Source: Anaerolineae bacterium (lineage in GTDB: Bacteria > Chloroflexota > Anaerolineae > JAAYZQ01). Taken from it: 37,371 nt of DNA. Every line of letters starts with the position of its first letter. Position 1 is the first letter of the stretch. The notes beneath the pieces were generated by a model. That model did not search any database. It saw only the letters and a program-made list of their open reading frames with translations, and was not told where the DNA came from. Shown here one piece after another: positions 9,626 through 18,799 of this stretch. The DNA lies in contig JBFFCR010000003.1 of assembly GCA_041559855.1 (NCBI GenBank), forward strand, positions 1 through 37,371, written 5' to 3'. The position numbers and the translations under genes were made by a program.

Positions 9626-11512
9626 ATGCCCAACCTGGAAAGACAAACCCTGAGGGAGCGCTACCGTATTGAAGAGCTGATTGGCCGGGGCGGAATGGCC
9701 GAGGTCTACAAGGCATGGGACCTGCGCCGCCAGCACCACGTCGCCATCAAGGTCATGCGGGCGGACCTGGCCGATGACCTCGAGTTCCTGCGGCGCTTCA
9801 AGCGCGAGGCCGAGGCCCTGTCTGCCCTCTCCCACGAGAACATCGTCCGCTTCCACAGCTTCGAGCGGGATGGCCACCTGGCCTTCATTGTGATGGACTA
9901 TGTGGAAGGCACAACGTTACAGCGGCGCATCCGGGAGGCGGAGGGGCAGCCGCTGCCACTGGGCGAGGTGCTGCTGATCGCCAAGCAGGTGTGCGCGGCC
10001 CTGCACTATGCCCACAGTGAGAACGTTCTGCACCGCGATGTCAAGCCGGGCAACATCATGCTACGGGCCGATGGAACGGTGCTGGTGGCCGATTTTGGCA
10101 TCGCCAAGGCAGCCGACTCGGCGACGGTGACGACGGTGATGCCCGGCACCCCGGCCTACATGTCGCCGGAGCAGTGCCGCAGCGAGCCCCTGGACGCGCG
10201 GGCCGATCTGTACTCGTTGGGCATCCTGATCTACGAGATGCTGGCGGGGCGGCGGCCCTTCGTGGGAGAAACACAGGCCGTTACAGGCAGCACCCGGGAA
10301 AAGATCCGCTGGGAGCAGTTGCACGCCGATCCGCCGCGGCTGCGGGCATTCAACCCCGAGGTGCCGCGCGGGGTGGACGTCATAGTGCGGATGGCGTTGG
10401 CCAAGGAGCGCGATGCCCGTTGGCCGACGGTGCAGGACTTTTGGGAGATGCTGGTCGAGGGGGCGGGCGTGCCTGAGCGGGACTGGGTGGCAGCTCGCGT
10501 GCCTGTGCGTCGTGAGGCGCCGCCGGTGCGGGACAATCGGGAAGTGCTCGCCGAGGAAGCCGACGTGCGCGAGCGGGGCTGGGTGGCGGCTCCTTCGCCG
10601 CCCGTGCCTGAGGCAGTTCACCAGCTTCCGGGGCGGATCAAGATCCCACCGTGGGGATGGGCGCTGCTTGGCGTGGCGCTTGTGGCGCTGATCCTGATCA
10701 TCTCCGGTGCGCTGTCGGGCGGCGGTCGCCCCACGCCGGAGCCTGTCCGAATCGTGGAACGAGAAGCCACGGTGGCTCCGCCCGAGGTGATCGTGGAGAC
10801 GGTGGTGGTGGAGAGGGAGGTCACCGTGGATCCGCCTGAGGTGATCGTGGAGACGGTGGTCGTCGAGAGGGAGGTCACCGTGGATCCGCCTGAGGTGATC
10901 GTGGAGACGGTGGTCGTCGAGAGAGAGGTCACTGTGGATCCGCCCGAGGTAATCGTGGTGCCGCAAACTGACTCGGACATGCGTTTCGTAGTCGTATACC
11001 CACAGTCGGATGGGCTCAGCATGCGGACAGGCCCGGACACCTCTGACCGCGAAATCGCCGTGCTCTACGCAGGCACCGAGTTGGAGGTCACCGGCTCTCC
11101 TGTAGGCAGTGGTTCACTTAGGTGGTGGCCTGTATCGAGCGCATTCGGGGCAGGTTGGGTCGCAGAGTGGTACGGGGAGTGGCGACTTGTCAAACCGGTC
11201 TTTGGTCCAGGTGAAGTGATCCAGGTCTTTAACCCGCAGAGCACAGGCAACGTAAACCTGCGCAACTCGAACTGCGACGCTGTGCGCATCCTCAGCCGAG
11301 GAACCCGACTGACTGTGCTCGATGGGCCCGCGACCAAGTGCGATAGCGCAGGCTCGGCGATAGTTCAGCAGGGCCGCAGGTGGTGGTACATCGAGACCGC
11401 TGATGGGGCCACTGGCTGGATGGCAGATTTCAGTCAAGACTCGGACAAACGGATGCTTATCGCTCCCCAGTGGTATGTGGAGCTGGCCGCATACGCACCG
11501 TTTGATCGGTAG
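9626..11512 (+). CDS. K3: Ser/Thr kinase - TM - EVIVETVVVEREV repeats - two SH3b-like domains
   Basis: Start ATG 9626 (GAGGAG upstream; MPNLE matches K5) and full kinase motifs. The LSMRTGP..WWPV..GWVAE and VNLRN..WWYI..GWMAD segments resemble bacterial SH3 domains. Confidence 0.88.
   Translation: MPNLERQTLRERYRIEELIGRGGMAEVYKAWDLRRQHHVAIKVMRADLADDLEFLRRFKREAEALSALSHENIVRFHSFERDGHLAFIVMDYVEGTTLQRRIREAEGQPLPLGEVLLIAKQVCAALHYAHSENVLHRDVKPGNIMLRADGTVLVADFGIAKAADSATVTTVMPGTPAYMSPEQCRSEPLDARADLYSLGILIYEMLAGRRPFVGETQAVTGSTREKIRWEQLHADPPRLRAFNPEVPRGVDVIVRMALAKERDARWPTVQDFWEMLVEGAGVPERDWVAARVPVRREAPPVRDNREVLAEEADVRERGWVAAPSPPVPEAVHQLPGRIKIPPWGWALLGVALVALILIISGALSGGGRPTPEPVRIVEREATVAPPEVIVETVVVEREVTVDPPEVIVETVVVEREVTVDPPEVIVETVVVEREVTVDPPEVIVVPQTDSDMRFVVVYPQSDGLSMRTGPDTSDREIAVLYAGTELEVTGSPVGSGSLRWWPVSSAFGAGWVAEWYGEWRLVKPVFGPGEVIQVFNPQSTGNVNLRNSNCDAVRILSRGTRLTVLDGPATKCDSAGSAIVQQGRRWWYIETADGATGWMADFSQDSDKRMLIAPQWYVELAAYAPFDR
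10778..10957 (+). repeat. About 3.3 near-perfect copies of a 54-bp coding repeat (PPEVIVETVVVEREVTVD)
   Basis: Units start at 10778, 10832 and 10886, with a partial unit at 10940. Confidence 0.95.
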
Positions 11513-11606
11513 CTTCGTCCTGGGGAGTGAATGGGCTTCGCTGCAGAGACAACCTCGGGGCACAGCTTTGTGACACGAAGACCAGCATACTGGTGAAAGG
11601 ATCAAC

Positions 11607-13625
11607 ATGGCCATACTGGAAGGACACATCCTCAAAGGACAATATCGCATCGAGGCGCTGATCGGGCGTGGCGGCATGGCCGAGGTCTACAAGGCATGGG
11701 ACCTGCGCCGCCAGCACTACGTGGCCATCAAAGTCATGCGCGAGGACATGGCCGATGACCTCGAGTTCCTGCGGCGCTTCAAGCGCGAGGCCGAGGCCCT
11801 GTCGGCGCTCTCCCACGAGAACATCGTCCGCTTTTACAGCTTTGAGCGGGATGGCCACCTGGCCTTCATCGTGATGGACTACGTAGAAGGCACAACGCTA
11901 CAGCGGCGCATCCGGGAGGCGGAGGGGCAGCCGATGCCGCTTACCGAAGCCCTGACCATCGTACAGCAGGTGTGCGCGGCGCTGCACTATGCCCACAGCG
12001 AGAACGTGCTGCACCGCGACGTCAAGCCGGGCAACATCATGCTACGGGCCGATGGAAGGGTGCTGGTGGCGGACTTTGGTATTGCCAAGGCAGCCGACTC
12101 GGCTACCGTCACGGCGGTCATGCCGGGGACGCCGGCTTATATGTCGCCGGAGCAGTGTCGCAGCGAGCCACTAGACGGTCGGGCTGACGTGTACTCCTTG
12201 GGCGTCGTGGTCTACGAGATGCTGGCGGGGCGGCGGCCCTTCGTGGGAGAAACACAGGCCGTTACGGGCAGCACCCGGGAAAGGATCCGCTGGGAGCAGG
12301 TAAATGCCCATCCACCGCCGCTGGCCCGATTCAACCCTGCGGCGCCGCGGGGGGTGGACGTCACAGTGCGGATGGCGCTGGCCAAGGACCGCGATGCCCG
12401 CTGGCCGACGGTGCTGGACTTTTGGCAAGCGTTGACCCAGGCGGCGGGCCTGCCCGAGCAGAGTTGGCGCATGCCCCCAGTGCGAGTGGAGCAGAGACAT
12501 GAGCGTGTGGCGCTCCGCCAGCCGATGAATGCTCCGCCGCTGGTGGTTCCGCAGCCCCCATCTGGGGCAGCCCGCCAGTCTTCCGGGCAGATCACGATCC
12601 CTCCTTGGGGATGGGTAGTGGCTGGCGTGGTGCTTGTGGCGCTGATCTTGATCGTCTCGGCTGCGCTGTCGGGCGGCCGGCCTACCCCAGAGCCAACAAT
12701 GATCGCCCAGACGGCCGTCGAGAGGGCGACCACGGCGGCTCCTCCCGTCGTCACGGTACAGCCCACCGCGCCGCCGGGAGTCACTCCCAGCGACACGCCG
12801 ACCAGGACCTCGACACCGACACGGACCACGACACCAACTCCTACTGCCACACCGACGAGGACGCCGGAAGCCAGACCCTGGCACGACCAGGTCTTGGTGC
12901 CAGGGGGGCAGTTCATCAAGGGTTCAAGTAGTGACGAAATCCAAGATGTTGTGAATCAGTTGTGTGCCGCATATACCGACAGCTGGTGCACAACGAGCTC
13001 GTTCGAGGATGAGTCGCCAAGATCCCAGATCTACGTGGGTGATTTCTACATCGATCGCTACGAGGTGACCAACGAGCAGTACGCGCAATGTGTCGATTTT
13101 GGTCCCTGTGACCTTCCACAAACGAGTGGCGTGAACCCGCGGCATGGCGACTATTACGAATCCCAGTTCGCCCGTCGACCCGTGATCTATGTCACCTGGG
13201 ACGACGCGCAGAAATACTGCGAGTGGATCGGGGGCCGGCTGCCTACAGCAGACGAATGGGAGAAAGCCGCCCGCGGGACTGACGGTCGCCTGTACCCATG
13301 GGGCAATTGGGCACCCAGTGCTGAGGCCAACTACAGGCGTCCCGGAACCAGCTCGGCAACAAACGAGGATTCGACCAGAGTAGGTGGCGACCCTGCGCCG
13401 GTGGGGTCGTATCCTTACGACAGGAGCCCGTTCGATGTGATGGACATGGCCGGCAATGTGATGGAATGGGTCGATACCTGGTACGGGTCTGGTAAACGCG
13501 AGATCCGCGGCGGTTCGTGGAATACCGGCATCTGGACCACACGTGCAGCGAATCGGGTGCCCGCACTCCCCGATGGGTCCTACTTTGACATCGGCTTTAG
13601 ATGCGCCTGGGATTTCGCTCAATAG
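11607..13625 (+). CDS. K4: Ser/Thr kinase - TM - Pro/Thr linker - FGE-sulfatase (CLec-fold) domain
   Basis: AAAGGA RBS, full kinase motifs and IPPWGW + TM. FGE motifs YEVTN, RLPTADEWEKAARG, DMAGNVMEW, RGGSW, GFRC. Confidence 0.92.
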   Translation: MAILEGHILKGQYRIEALIGRGGMAEVYKAWDLRRQHYVAIKVMREDMADDLEFLRRFKREAEALSALSHENIVRFYSFERDGHLAFIVMDYVEGTTLQRRIREAEGQPMPLTEALTIVQQVCAALHYAHSENVLHRDVKPGNIMLRADGRVLVADFGIAKAADSATVTAVMPGTPAYMSPEQCRSEPLDGRADVYSLGVVVYEMLAGRRPFVGETQAVTGSTRERIRWEQVNAHPPPLARFNPAAPRGVDVTVRMALAKDRDARWPTVLDFWQALTQAAGLPEQSWRMPPVRVEQRHERVALRQPMNAPPLVVPQPPSGAARQSSGQITIPPWGWVVAGVVLVALILIVSAALSGGRPTPEPTMIAQTAVERATTAAPPVVTVQPTAPPGVTPSDTPTRTSTPTRTTTPTPTATPTRTPEARPWHDQVLVPGGQFIKGSSSDEIQDVVNQLCAAYTDSWCTTSSFEDESPRSQIYVGDFYIDRYEVTNEQYAQCVDFGPCDLPQTSGVNPRHGDYYESQFARRPVIYVTWDDAQKYCEWIGGRLPTADEWEKAARGTDGRLYPWGNWAPSAEANYRRPGTSSATNEDSTRVGGDPAPVGSYPYDRSPFDVMDMAGNVMEWVDTWYGSGKREIRGGSWNTGIWTTRAANRVPALPDGSYFDIGFRCAWDFAQ

Positions 13626-13639
13626 ACTGGAGGGTTTTC

Positions 13640-15619
13640 GTGAAGATCCGCGAGCAGTTCACTTCTGAGATCGACAAGGGGTATGCGGTCGGTTGGGCGT
13701 CCGCCACACGGCTGTTGGTAGTGTCCATCATGTTGCTGTCAGGGGTGCTGTCATGTGGTGAGCACCCTGCGCCCCAGATCACAGCAACTGCGGTTCCCAC
13801 GGCAGTCTTGGCAACCGCCGTGCCCACCATGGCATCCGAGCCCAGCCCGACCTCACCGGAGGAGCCTGGAACCGCTGAAGCGGTGGTCTCGCCGGTTGTG
13901 CCCTCAACTCCCGTCACGAGTGCCAGCGCAGAGCCTACACCACCATCCGTGACGCCGACGGCAAAGGCGGAACAGCCCTTGGTTCCATCGATCACAGAAC
14001 TTGAGGCGATGCTGGCCCAGATGTCGGTGCGGGACAAGGTGGCCCAGATGGTGATGGTCGGCTTTCACGGGCGCTCCATTGACGAGTCGCCCGAGCTCGC
14101 GACGATGGTTGGGGAGTATCACGTCGGCGGGCTGGTCCTGCTGGAGGCCAACGCCCACGATCCTGCCCAGGTGCAGAGGCTCACCGGAGAGCTACAGGCG
14201 CTCGCGACATCCTCGGGTGCTGGAATCCCTCTCTTCATCTCGATCAACCACGAAGGCGGGATCGTCATCCGGATAACAGAAGGGATCACCGAATTTCCCG
14301 GGAACATGGCGGTCGGCGCCACCGGCCTGCCCCAAAACGCCTATCTCGCCGCAGCGCTGGGCGGTGAGGAACTGAGGGCCATGGGCATCAACATGAATCT
14401 GGCCCCCGTGTTGGACATCAACGACAATCCCCTCAACCCGATCATCGGCACGCGGTCTTTTGGTGCTTCGGCCCCGATGGTAGCCGAATACGGGCGGTTG
14501 GCAGTTCGGGGCATGCAGGAGCGGGGCGTGATTGCCGTGGCCAAGCACTTTCCGGGGCATGGCGGCGTGGCTGTGGACTCGCATGGGGGGCTGCCGGTGA
14601 TAGAGGCATCGGCTGAGGCCCTGTGGCAGCACGAGCTGGTACCCTTTCGGGCTGCTGTGGAGGAGGGCGTGACCGGCATCATGACGGCGCACATCTCGCT
14701 GCCGGCCCTGGATGCCACCGGCAGGCCGGCCACCCTGTCACCCGAGATCCTGACAGGGCTGTTGCGAGAACAGATGGGCTACGATGGGCTGATCATGACC
14801 GATTCCCTGGGCATGGCCGGTGTCTCCAAGGATCGCGGGCAGGTGCAGGCCGCCATCGAGGCCGTGCAGGCCGGCGCAGACATCCTGCTCTCCACCTCCC
14901 CCATGGATGCCCATGTCGCGATCATAAAGGCGCTGGCCCAATCTGTGCGGCAAGGAGAGATCCCCCTCGAGCGCATCGACCGTTCGGTGATGCGGATCCT
15001 AAAGGCCAAAGCGGCCTACAGCCTATTCCAGCCTCTTCCATCCGATCTCAGTCGCGTCGGCTCGCCACAGAACAGGGCCACTGCCGAGGAGATTGCGCTG
15101 CAGGCGGTCACGGTTGTGCGGGACGCTGACGGCAACATCCCCCTGCCGCCCACGACAGCCAGCTTGCTGGTCATCAGCCCCAGTGAGTTGCCACGCGCCA
15201 CCGAGGGCCAGGGGACCCGCTTCGCCCAACTCTTGCGCGAGCGGGGCTACTTGGTAGACGAGCTGGTCTTTAACCCCAACTTGGCCGATAGCCGCGCTGA
15301 GGTGGCTGCCAGCGCCAAAGCCCGGAGCCCAGAGTATGACGCCGTGCTGTTTGGCGAGTGGGAGTTGATCAAGCGGTTCGTGAACCTGGGTGACGTCTGG
15401 GAGGAGGAGCTGATCGGCGCGCTGCAGCAGAGCAGCCGCACGCTGATCGTCGTGGCGTGGCACAATCCAGCCGCGATCCTGCGCTGCCCGGAGGTGACCG
15501 GGTTCATAGCAGCATACGACAATTCTGCCGCTCAGGTGGAAGCGGTAGTGGCCGTGCTGAACGGTGAGCACAAGGCGACGGGAGAGCTACCGATGCCGCT
15601 ACCCACCAGTGGAGACTGA
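13640..15619 (+). CDS. nagZ: GH3 beta-N-acetylhexosaminidase (NagZ-like), probable lipoprotein with Pro/Thr linker
   Basis: GGAGGG RBS and GTG at 13640; lipobox-like VLSC. Motifs NLAPVLD, RSFG, KHFPGHG..DSH and the nucleophile context MTDSLGM, followed by a GH3 C-terminal domain. Confidence 0.85.
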   Translation: MKIREQFTSEIDKGYAVGWASATRLLVVSIMLLSGVLSCGEHPAPQITATAVPTAVLATAVPTMASEPSPTSPEEPGTAEAVVSPVVPSTPVTSASAEPTPPSVTPTAKAEQPLVPSITELEAMLAQMSVRDKVAQMVMVGFHGRSIDESPELATMVGEYHVGGLVLLEANAHDPAQVQRLTGELQALATSSGAGIPLFISINHEGGIVIRITEGITEFPGNMAVGATGLPQNAYLAAALGGEELRAMGINMNLAPVLDINDNPLNPIIGTRSFGASAPMVAEYGRLAVRGMQERGVIAVAKHFPGHGGVAVDSHGGLPVIEASAEALWQHELVPFRAAVEEGVTGIMTAHISLPALDATGRPATLSPEILTGLLREQMGYDGLIMTDSLGMAGVSKDRGQVQAAIEAVQAGADILLSTSPMDAHVAIIKALAQSVRQGEIPLERIDRSVMRILKAKAAYSLFQPLPSDLSRVGSPQNRATAEEIALQAVTVVRDADGNIPLPPTTASLLVISPSELPRATEGQGTRFAQLLRERGYLVDELVFNPNLADSRAEVAASAKARSPEYDAVLFGEWELIKRFVNLGDVWEEELIGALQQSSRTLIVVAWHNPAAILRCPEVTGFIAAYDNSAAQVEAVVAVLNGEHKATGELPMPLPTSGD

Positions 15620-15667
15620 GGGGCGCGATGTTCCCATGGCCGCTTGCCTGAGCATTCCCAACGGTGA

Positions 15668-15696
15668 TTGACAGCAACGGAGAATTCGCGTATACT
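15668..15696 (+). promoter_or_regulatory. Near-consensus sigma70-type promoter upstream of K5
   Basis: TTGACA (15668-15673), 17-nt spacer, TATACT (15691-15696). It is intergenic and ends 23 nt before ATG 15720. Confidence 0.75.
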
Positions 15697-15719
15697 TGTC
15701 GCGAACCCGGAGTAACAAG

Positions 15720-18700
15720 ATGCCCAACCTGGAAGGACAGATCCTACTAGACCGCTATAGCATCCTCGAACTGATCGGCCGGGGCGGCATGGCCGAGGTC
15801 TACAAGGCCTGGGACACCTGGCGCAACTACCACGTCGCCGTCAAGGTCATGCGCGAGGACCTGGCTGAGGACCTCGAGTTCGTGCGCCGCTTCAAGCGCG
15901 AGGCCCGGGCCCTGGCAGCCCTGTCTCATGCCAACATCGTGCGCTTTTACTCCTTCGAGCGCGACGATCTGACCGTTTTCATCGTGATGGACTATGTCGA
16001 GGGCACCACCCTGCGGGCCGAGATCGCCCGTGCTGCGGGCCCCCTGCCCCTGGAGCGGGTGCTGGATGTGACCGCACAAGTGGGCGCGGCCCTGCACTAC
16101 GCCCACATGGAGGGCGTGCTGCACCGCGACGTCAAGCCCGGCAACATCATGGTCGCGCCGGGACGCGGCGAGGAAGGCCGCGACCTATTCCTGGTCACCG
16201 ACTTTGGCATCGCCAAGGCGGCCGACGCGGCGACGGCGACCACCGTGATGCCCGGCACGCCGGCCTACATGTCGCCCGAGCAGTGCCGCAGCGAGCCGCT
16301 GGACGAGCGCTCGGACGTCTATTCGCTGGGGATCGTGGTGTACGAGATGCTGGCGGGGCGGCGGCCGTTTGTGGGGGACACCGAGGCGACGACCGGCAGC
16401 ACCCGGGAAAAGATCCGCTGGGAGCAGGTGCACGCCGAGCCGCCGCCGCTGCGGGCATTCAACCGCGAGGTACCGCCCGGGGTTGAGGCCGTGCTGCGCA
16501 GGGCATTGACCAAGGAGCGGGAGGACCGCTGGCCGACGGCGCTGGCCTTCTGGCAGGCCCTGGCGAGCGCGGCTGGCGAGCAGGCGCCCGCGGGCGCCGC
16601 AGCGCCTGCGGTTGCCGAGACACCCGCGCCGCCCGTGCGAGCGGAAGTCGAGCCTGTGGTCGCGCCGTTCCCAACACCGCAGCCGGTGCGAGAACCGGAG
16701 CCCGTGCCCGCGCGCCAGCCAGAACCGGAGCCAGAGCCTGCACCGGTCAGTGCCGCACCCGGCCCCCGAACCGGGGCACGGCGGGCGGCGCTGCCGCCGT
16801 GGGCCTGGGTGGCGGGCGGTGTGCTGCTGGCTGCTCTGGTGATCCTGGCGCTGGCATTGCTGTCCGGTGGGACGCCGCTTGCGATTGTACCGACACCCAC
16901 GCGTAACTGGACGCCAACACCCACCCCCACGCCCGCGCCTACCCGCACCCCGACACCGGTGCCTCAGTTTGCGCAGGCCATCTCCCCGTCCACGGCTGAC
17001 CAAATTGCCGAGGTGGCCCGATGGGGCAGGGGCAGAAACACTCGAACCGCCCTCTCTCTCGATGGCTCCCGCCTTGCGATCGCTTCATCTATCGGCGTCT
17101 ACCTGTACGACGCGCGGACACTGGAAGAGGAGTGGTTCGCTGAGTCGGACGCCTGGACCTCCAGCGTGGCCTTCAGTCCGGACGGCGAGACCCTGGCCTC
17201 CGGCTCAGGCGATACCACGGTACGTCTGTGGCGGGTGAGCGATGGCAGCCTGCTGCATACCCTGGAGGGGCACGAGGGTGCGGTATACAGCGTGGCCTTC
17301 AGTCCCGACGGAGAGACCCTGGCCTCCGGCTCGTTCGATAACACGGTTCGGCTGTGGAGGGTGAGCGATAGCAGCTTGCTGCGCACCCTGGAGGCGCACG
17401 AGGGCGCTGTGCTCAGCGTGGCCTTCAGTCCCGATGGCGAGACCCTGGCCTCCGGCTCGTACGACGACACGGTGCGGCTGTGGCGGGTGCGTGATGCCAG
17501 CCTGCTGCATACCCTGGAGGACCGTAGTAGCTTTGTGTTCAGCGTGGTCTTCAGTCCCGATGGCGAGACCCTGGCCTCCGGCTCATTGGATGACACGGTG
17601 CGGCTGTGGCGGGTGCGGGATGGCCGCCTGCTGCGTGCCCTGGAGGGGCACGGAGGCGATGTGAAAAGCGTGGCCTTCAGTCCCGATGGCGAGACCCTAG
17701 CCTCCGGCTCAGACGACAACACTGTACAGCTGTGGCAGGTGCGCGATGGCCGCATGCTGCATACTCTGTATGACCACGAGGATACAGTGCACAGTGTGGC
17801 TTTCAGTCCCGATGGCGAGACCCTATTCTCTGGATCGTACGACACGGTGCGTTTGTGGCGGGTGAGCGATGGCAGCCTGCTGGATACCCTGGAAGGCCAA
17901 AATAGCGTTGTGTACAGCGTGGCCTTCAGTCCCGACGGAGAGACCCTTGCCTCTGGGTCGTCCGACGACACGGTGCGGCTATGGCGGGTGCGCGATGGCA
18001 GCCTGATGCATACCCTGGAGGGGCACGAAGGCGGTGTGCTCAGCGTGGCCTTCAGTCCCGATGGCGAGACCCTGGCCTCGGGCTCGTACGACGACACGGT
18101 GCGGCTATGGCGAGCGAGCGATGGCAGCCTGCTGGACACCTTGGAGGGCCACGAAAGCCTTGTGTACAGTGTGGCCTTCAGTCCCGACGGAGAGACCCTG
18201 GCCTCTGGTTCATACGATACCACGATGCGGCTGTGGCGGGTGCGCGATGGAAGCCTGCTGGACACCCTGGAAGGGTACGTGTACAGTGTGAACAGCGTGG
18301 CCTTCAGTCCAGACGGAGAGACCCTGGCCTCCGGTTCATCGGACGACATACTGCTGTGGCAGGCGCGCGATGGCCGCCTGCTGGACACCCTTGAGGTTGG
18401 TCATAATAGCATTGTGTTAAGCGTCGCCTTCAGTCCCGACGGAGAGACACTGGCCTCCGGTTCGCAATATGATAACACGGTGCGTCTGTGGCGGGTGAGC
18501 GATGGCCGCATGCTCAATACTTTTGAGGCGCACGAGGACTGGGTAAGGGGTGTGACCTTCAGTCCCGACGGCGAGATCCTGGCCTCCGGCTCGTGGGACG
18601 CCACGGTGCGACTGTGGCGGGTGAGTGATGGGCGCCTATTGCATACACTGGAAGGGCACACAGGTCAGGTGTACAGCCTCACCTTCAGTCCAGAGGGGAC

Positions 18701-18761
18701 AATACTGATCTCCAGCTCATCCGATGGCACGATCCGGCTGTGGGGTGTGCCGCAGGATTGA
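15720..18761 (+). CDS. K5: Ser/Thr kinase - TM - Pro/Thr linker - tandem WD40 propellers (13 conserved + 1 degenerate repeat)
   Basis: Start at ATG 15720 (MPNLEG), full kinase motifs, LPPWAW + TM, and repeated SVAFSPDGETLASGSxDxTVRLW. Confidence 0.92.
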   Translation: MPNLEGQILLDRYSILELIGRGGMAEVYKAWDTWRNYHVAVKVMREDLAEDLEFVRRFKREARALAALSHANIVRFYSFERDDLTVFIVMDYVEGTTLRAEIARAAGPLPLERVLDVTAQVGAALHYAHMEGVLHRDVKPGNIMVAPGRGEEGRDLFLVTDFGIAKAADAATATTVMPGTPAYMSPEQCRSEPLDERSDVYSLGIVVYEMLAGRRPFVGDTEATTGSTREKIRWEQVHAEPPPLRAFNREVPPGVEAVLRRALTKEREDRWPTALAFWQALASAAGEQAPAGAAAPAVAETPAPPVRAEVEPVVAPFPTPQPVREPEPVPARQPEPEPEPAPVSAAPGPRTGARRAALPPWAWVAGGVLLAALVILALALLSGGTPLAIVPTPTRNWTPTPTPTPAPTRTPTPVPQFAQAISPSTADQIAEVARWGRGRNTRTALSLDGSRLAIASSIGVYLYDARTLEEEWFAESDAWTSSVAFSPDGETLASGSGDTTVRLWRVSDGSLLHTLEGHEGAVYSVAFSPDGETLASGSFDNTVRLWRVSDSSLLRTLEAHEGAVLSVAFSPDGETLASGSYDDTVRLWRVRDASLLHTLEDRSSFVFSVVFSPDGETLASGSLDDTVRLWRVRDGRLLRALEGHGGDVKSVAFSPDGETLASGSDDNTVQLWQVRDGRMLHTLYDHEDTVHSVAFSPDGETLFSGSYDTVRLWRVSDGSLLDTLEGQNSVVYSVAFSPDGETLASGSSDDTVRLWRVRDGSLMHTLEGHEGGVLSVAFSPDGETLASGSYDDTVRLWRASDGSLLDTLEGHESLVYSVAFSPDGETLASGSYDTTMRLWRVRDGSLLDTLEGYVYSVNSVAFSPDGETLASGSSDDILLWQARDGRLLDTLEVGHNSIVLSVAFSPDGETLASGSQYDNTVRLWRVSDGRMLNTFEAHEDWVRGVTFSPDGEILASGSWDATVRLWRVSDGRLLHTLEGHTGQVYSLTFSPEGTILISSSSDGTIRLWGVPQD
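17155..18745 (+). repeat. About 13 tandem ~126-bp WD40-coding repeats with high DNA similarity
   Basis: GTGGCCTTCAGTCCCGA(C/T)GG(C/A)GAGACCCTGGCCTC recurs at about 126-bp period. Confidence 0.92.
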
Positions 18762-18799
18762 TGATTCGATCAGGACGATTATCATAGGATCATGACGAC

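Noticed and set aside
10778-18745. CRISPR-like arrays (54-bp and 126-bp periodicities)
   Set aside because: These are in-frame coding repeats without unique spacers, and there are no cas genes.
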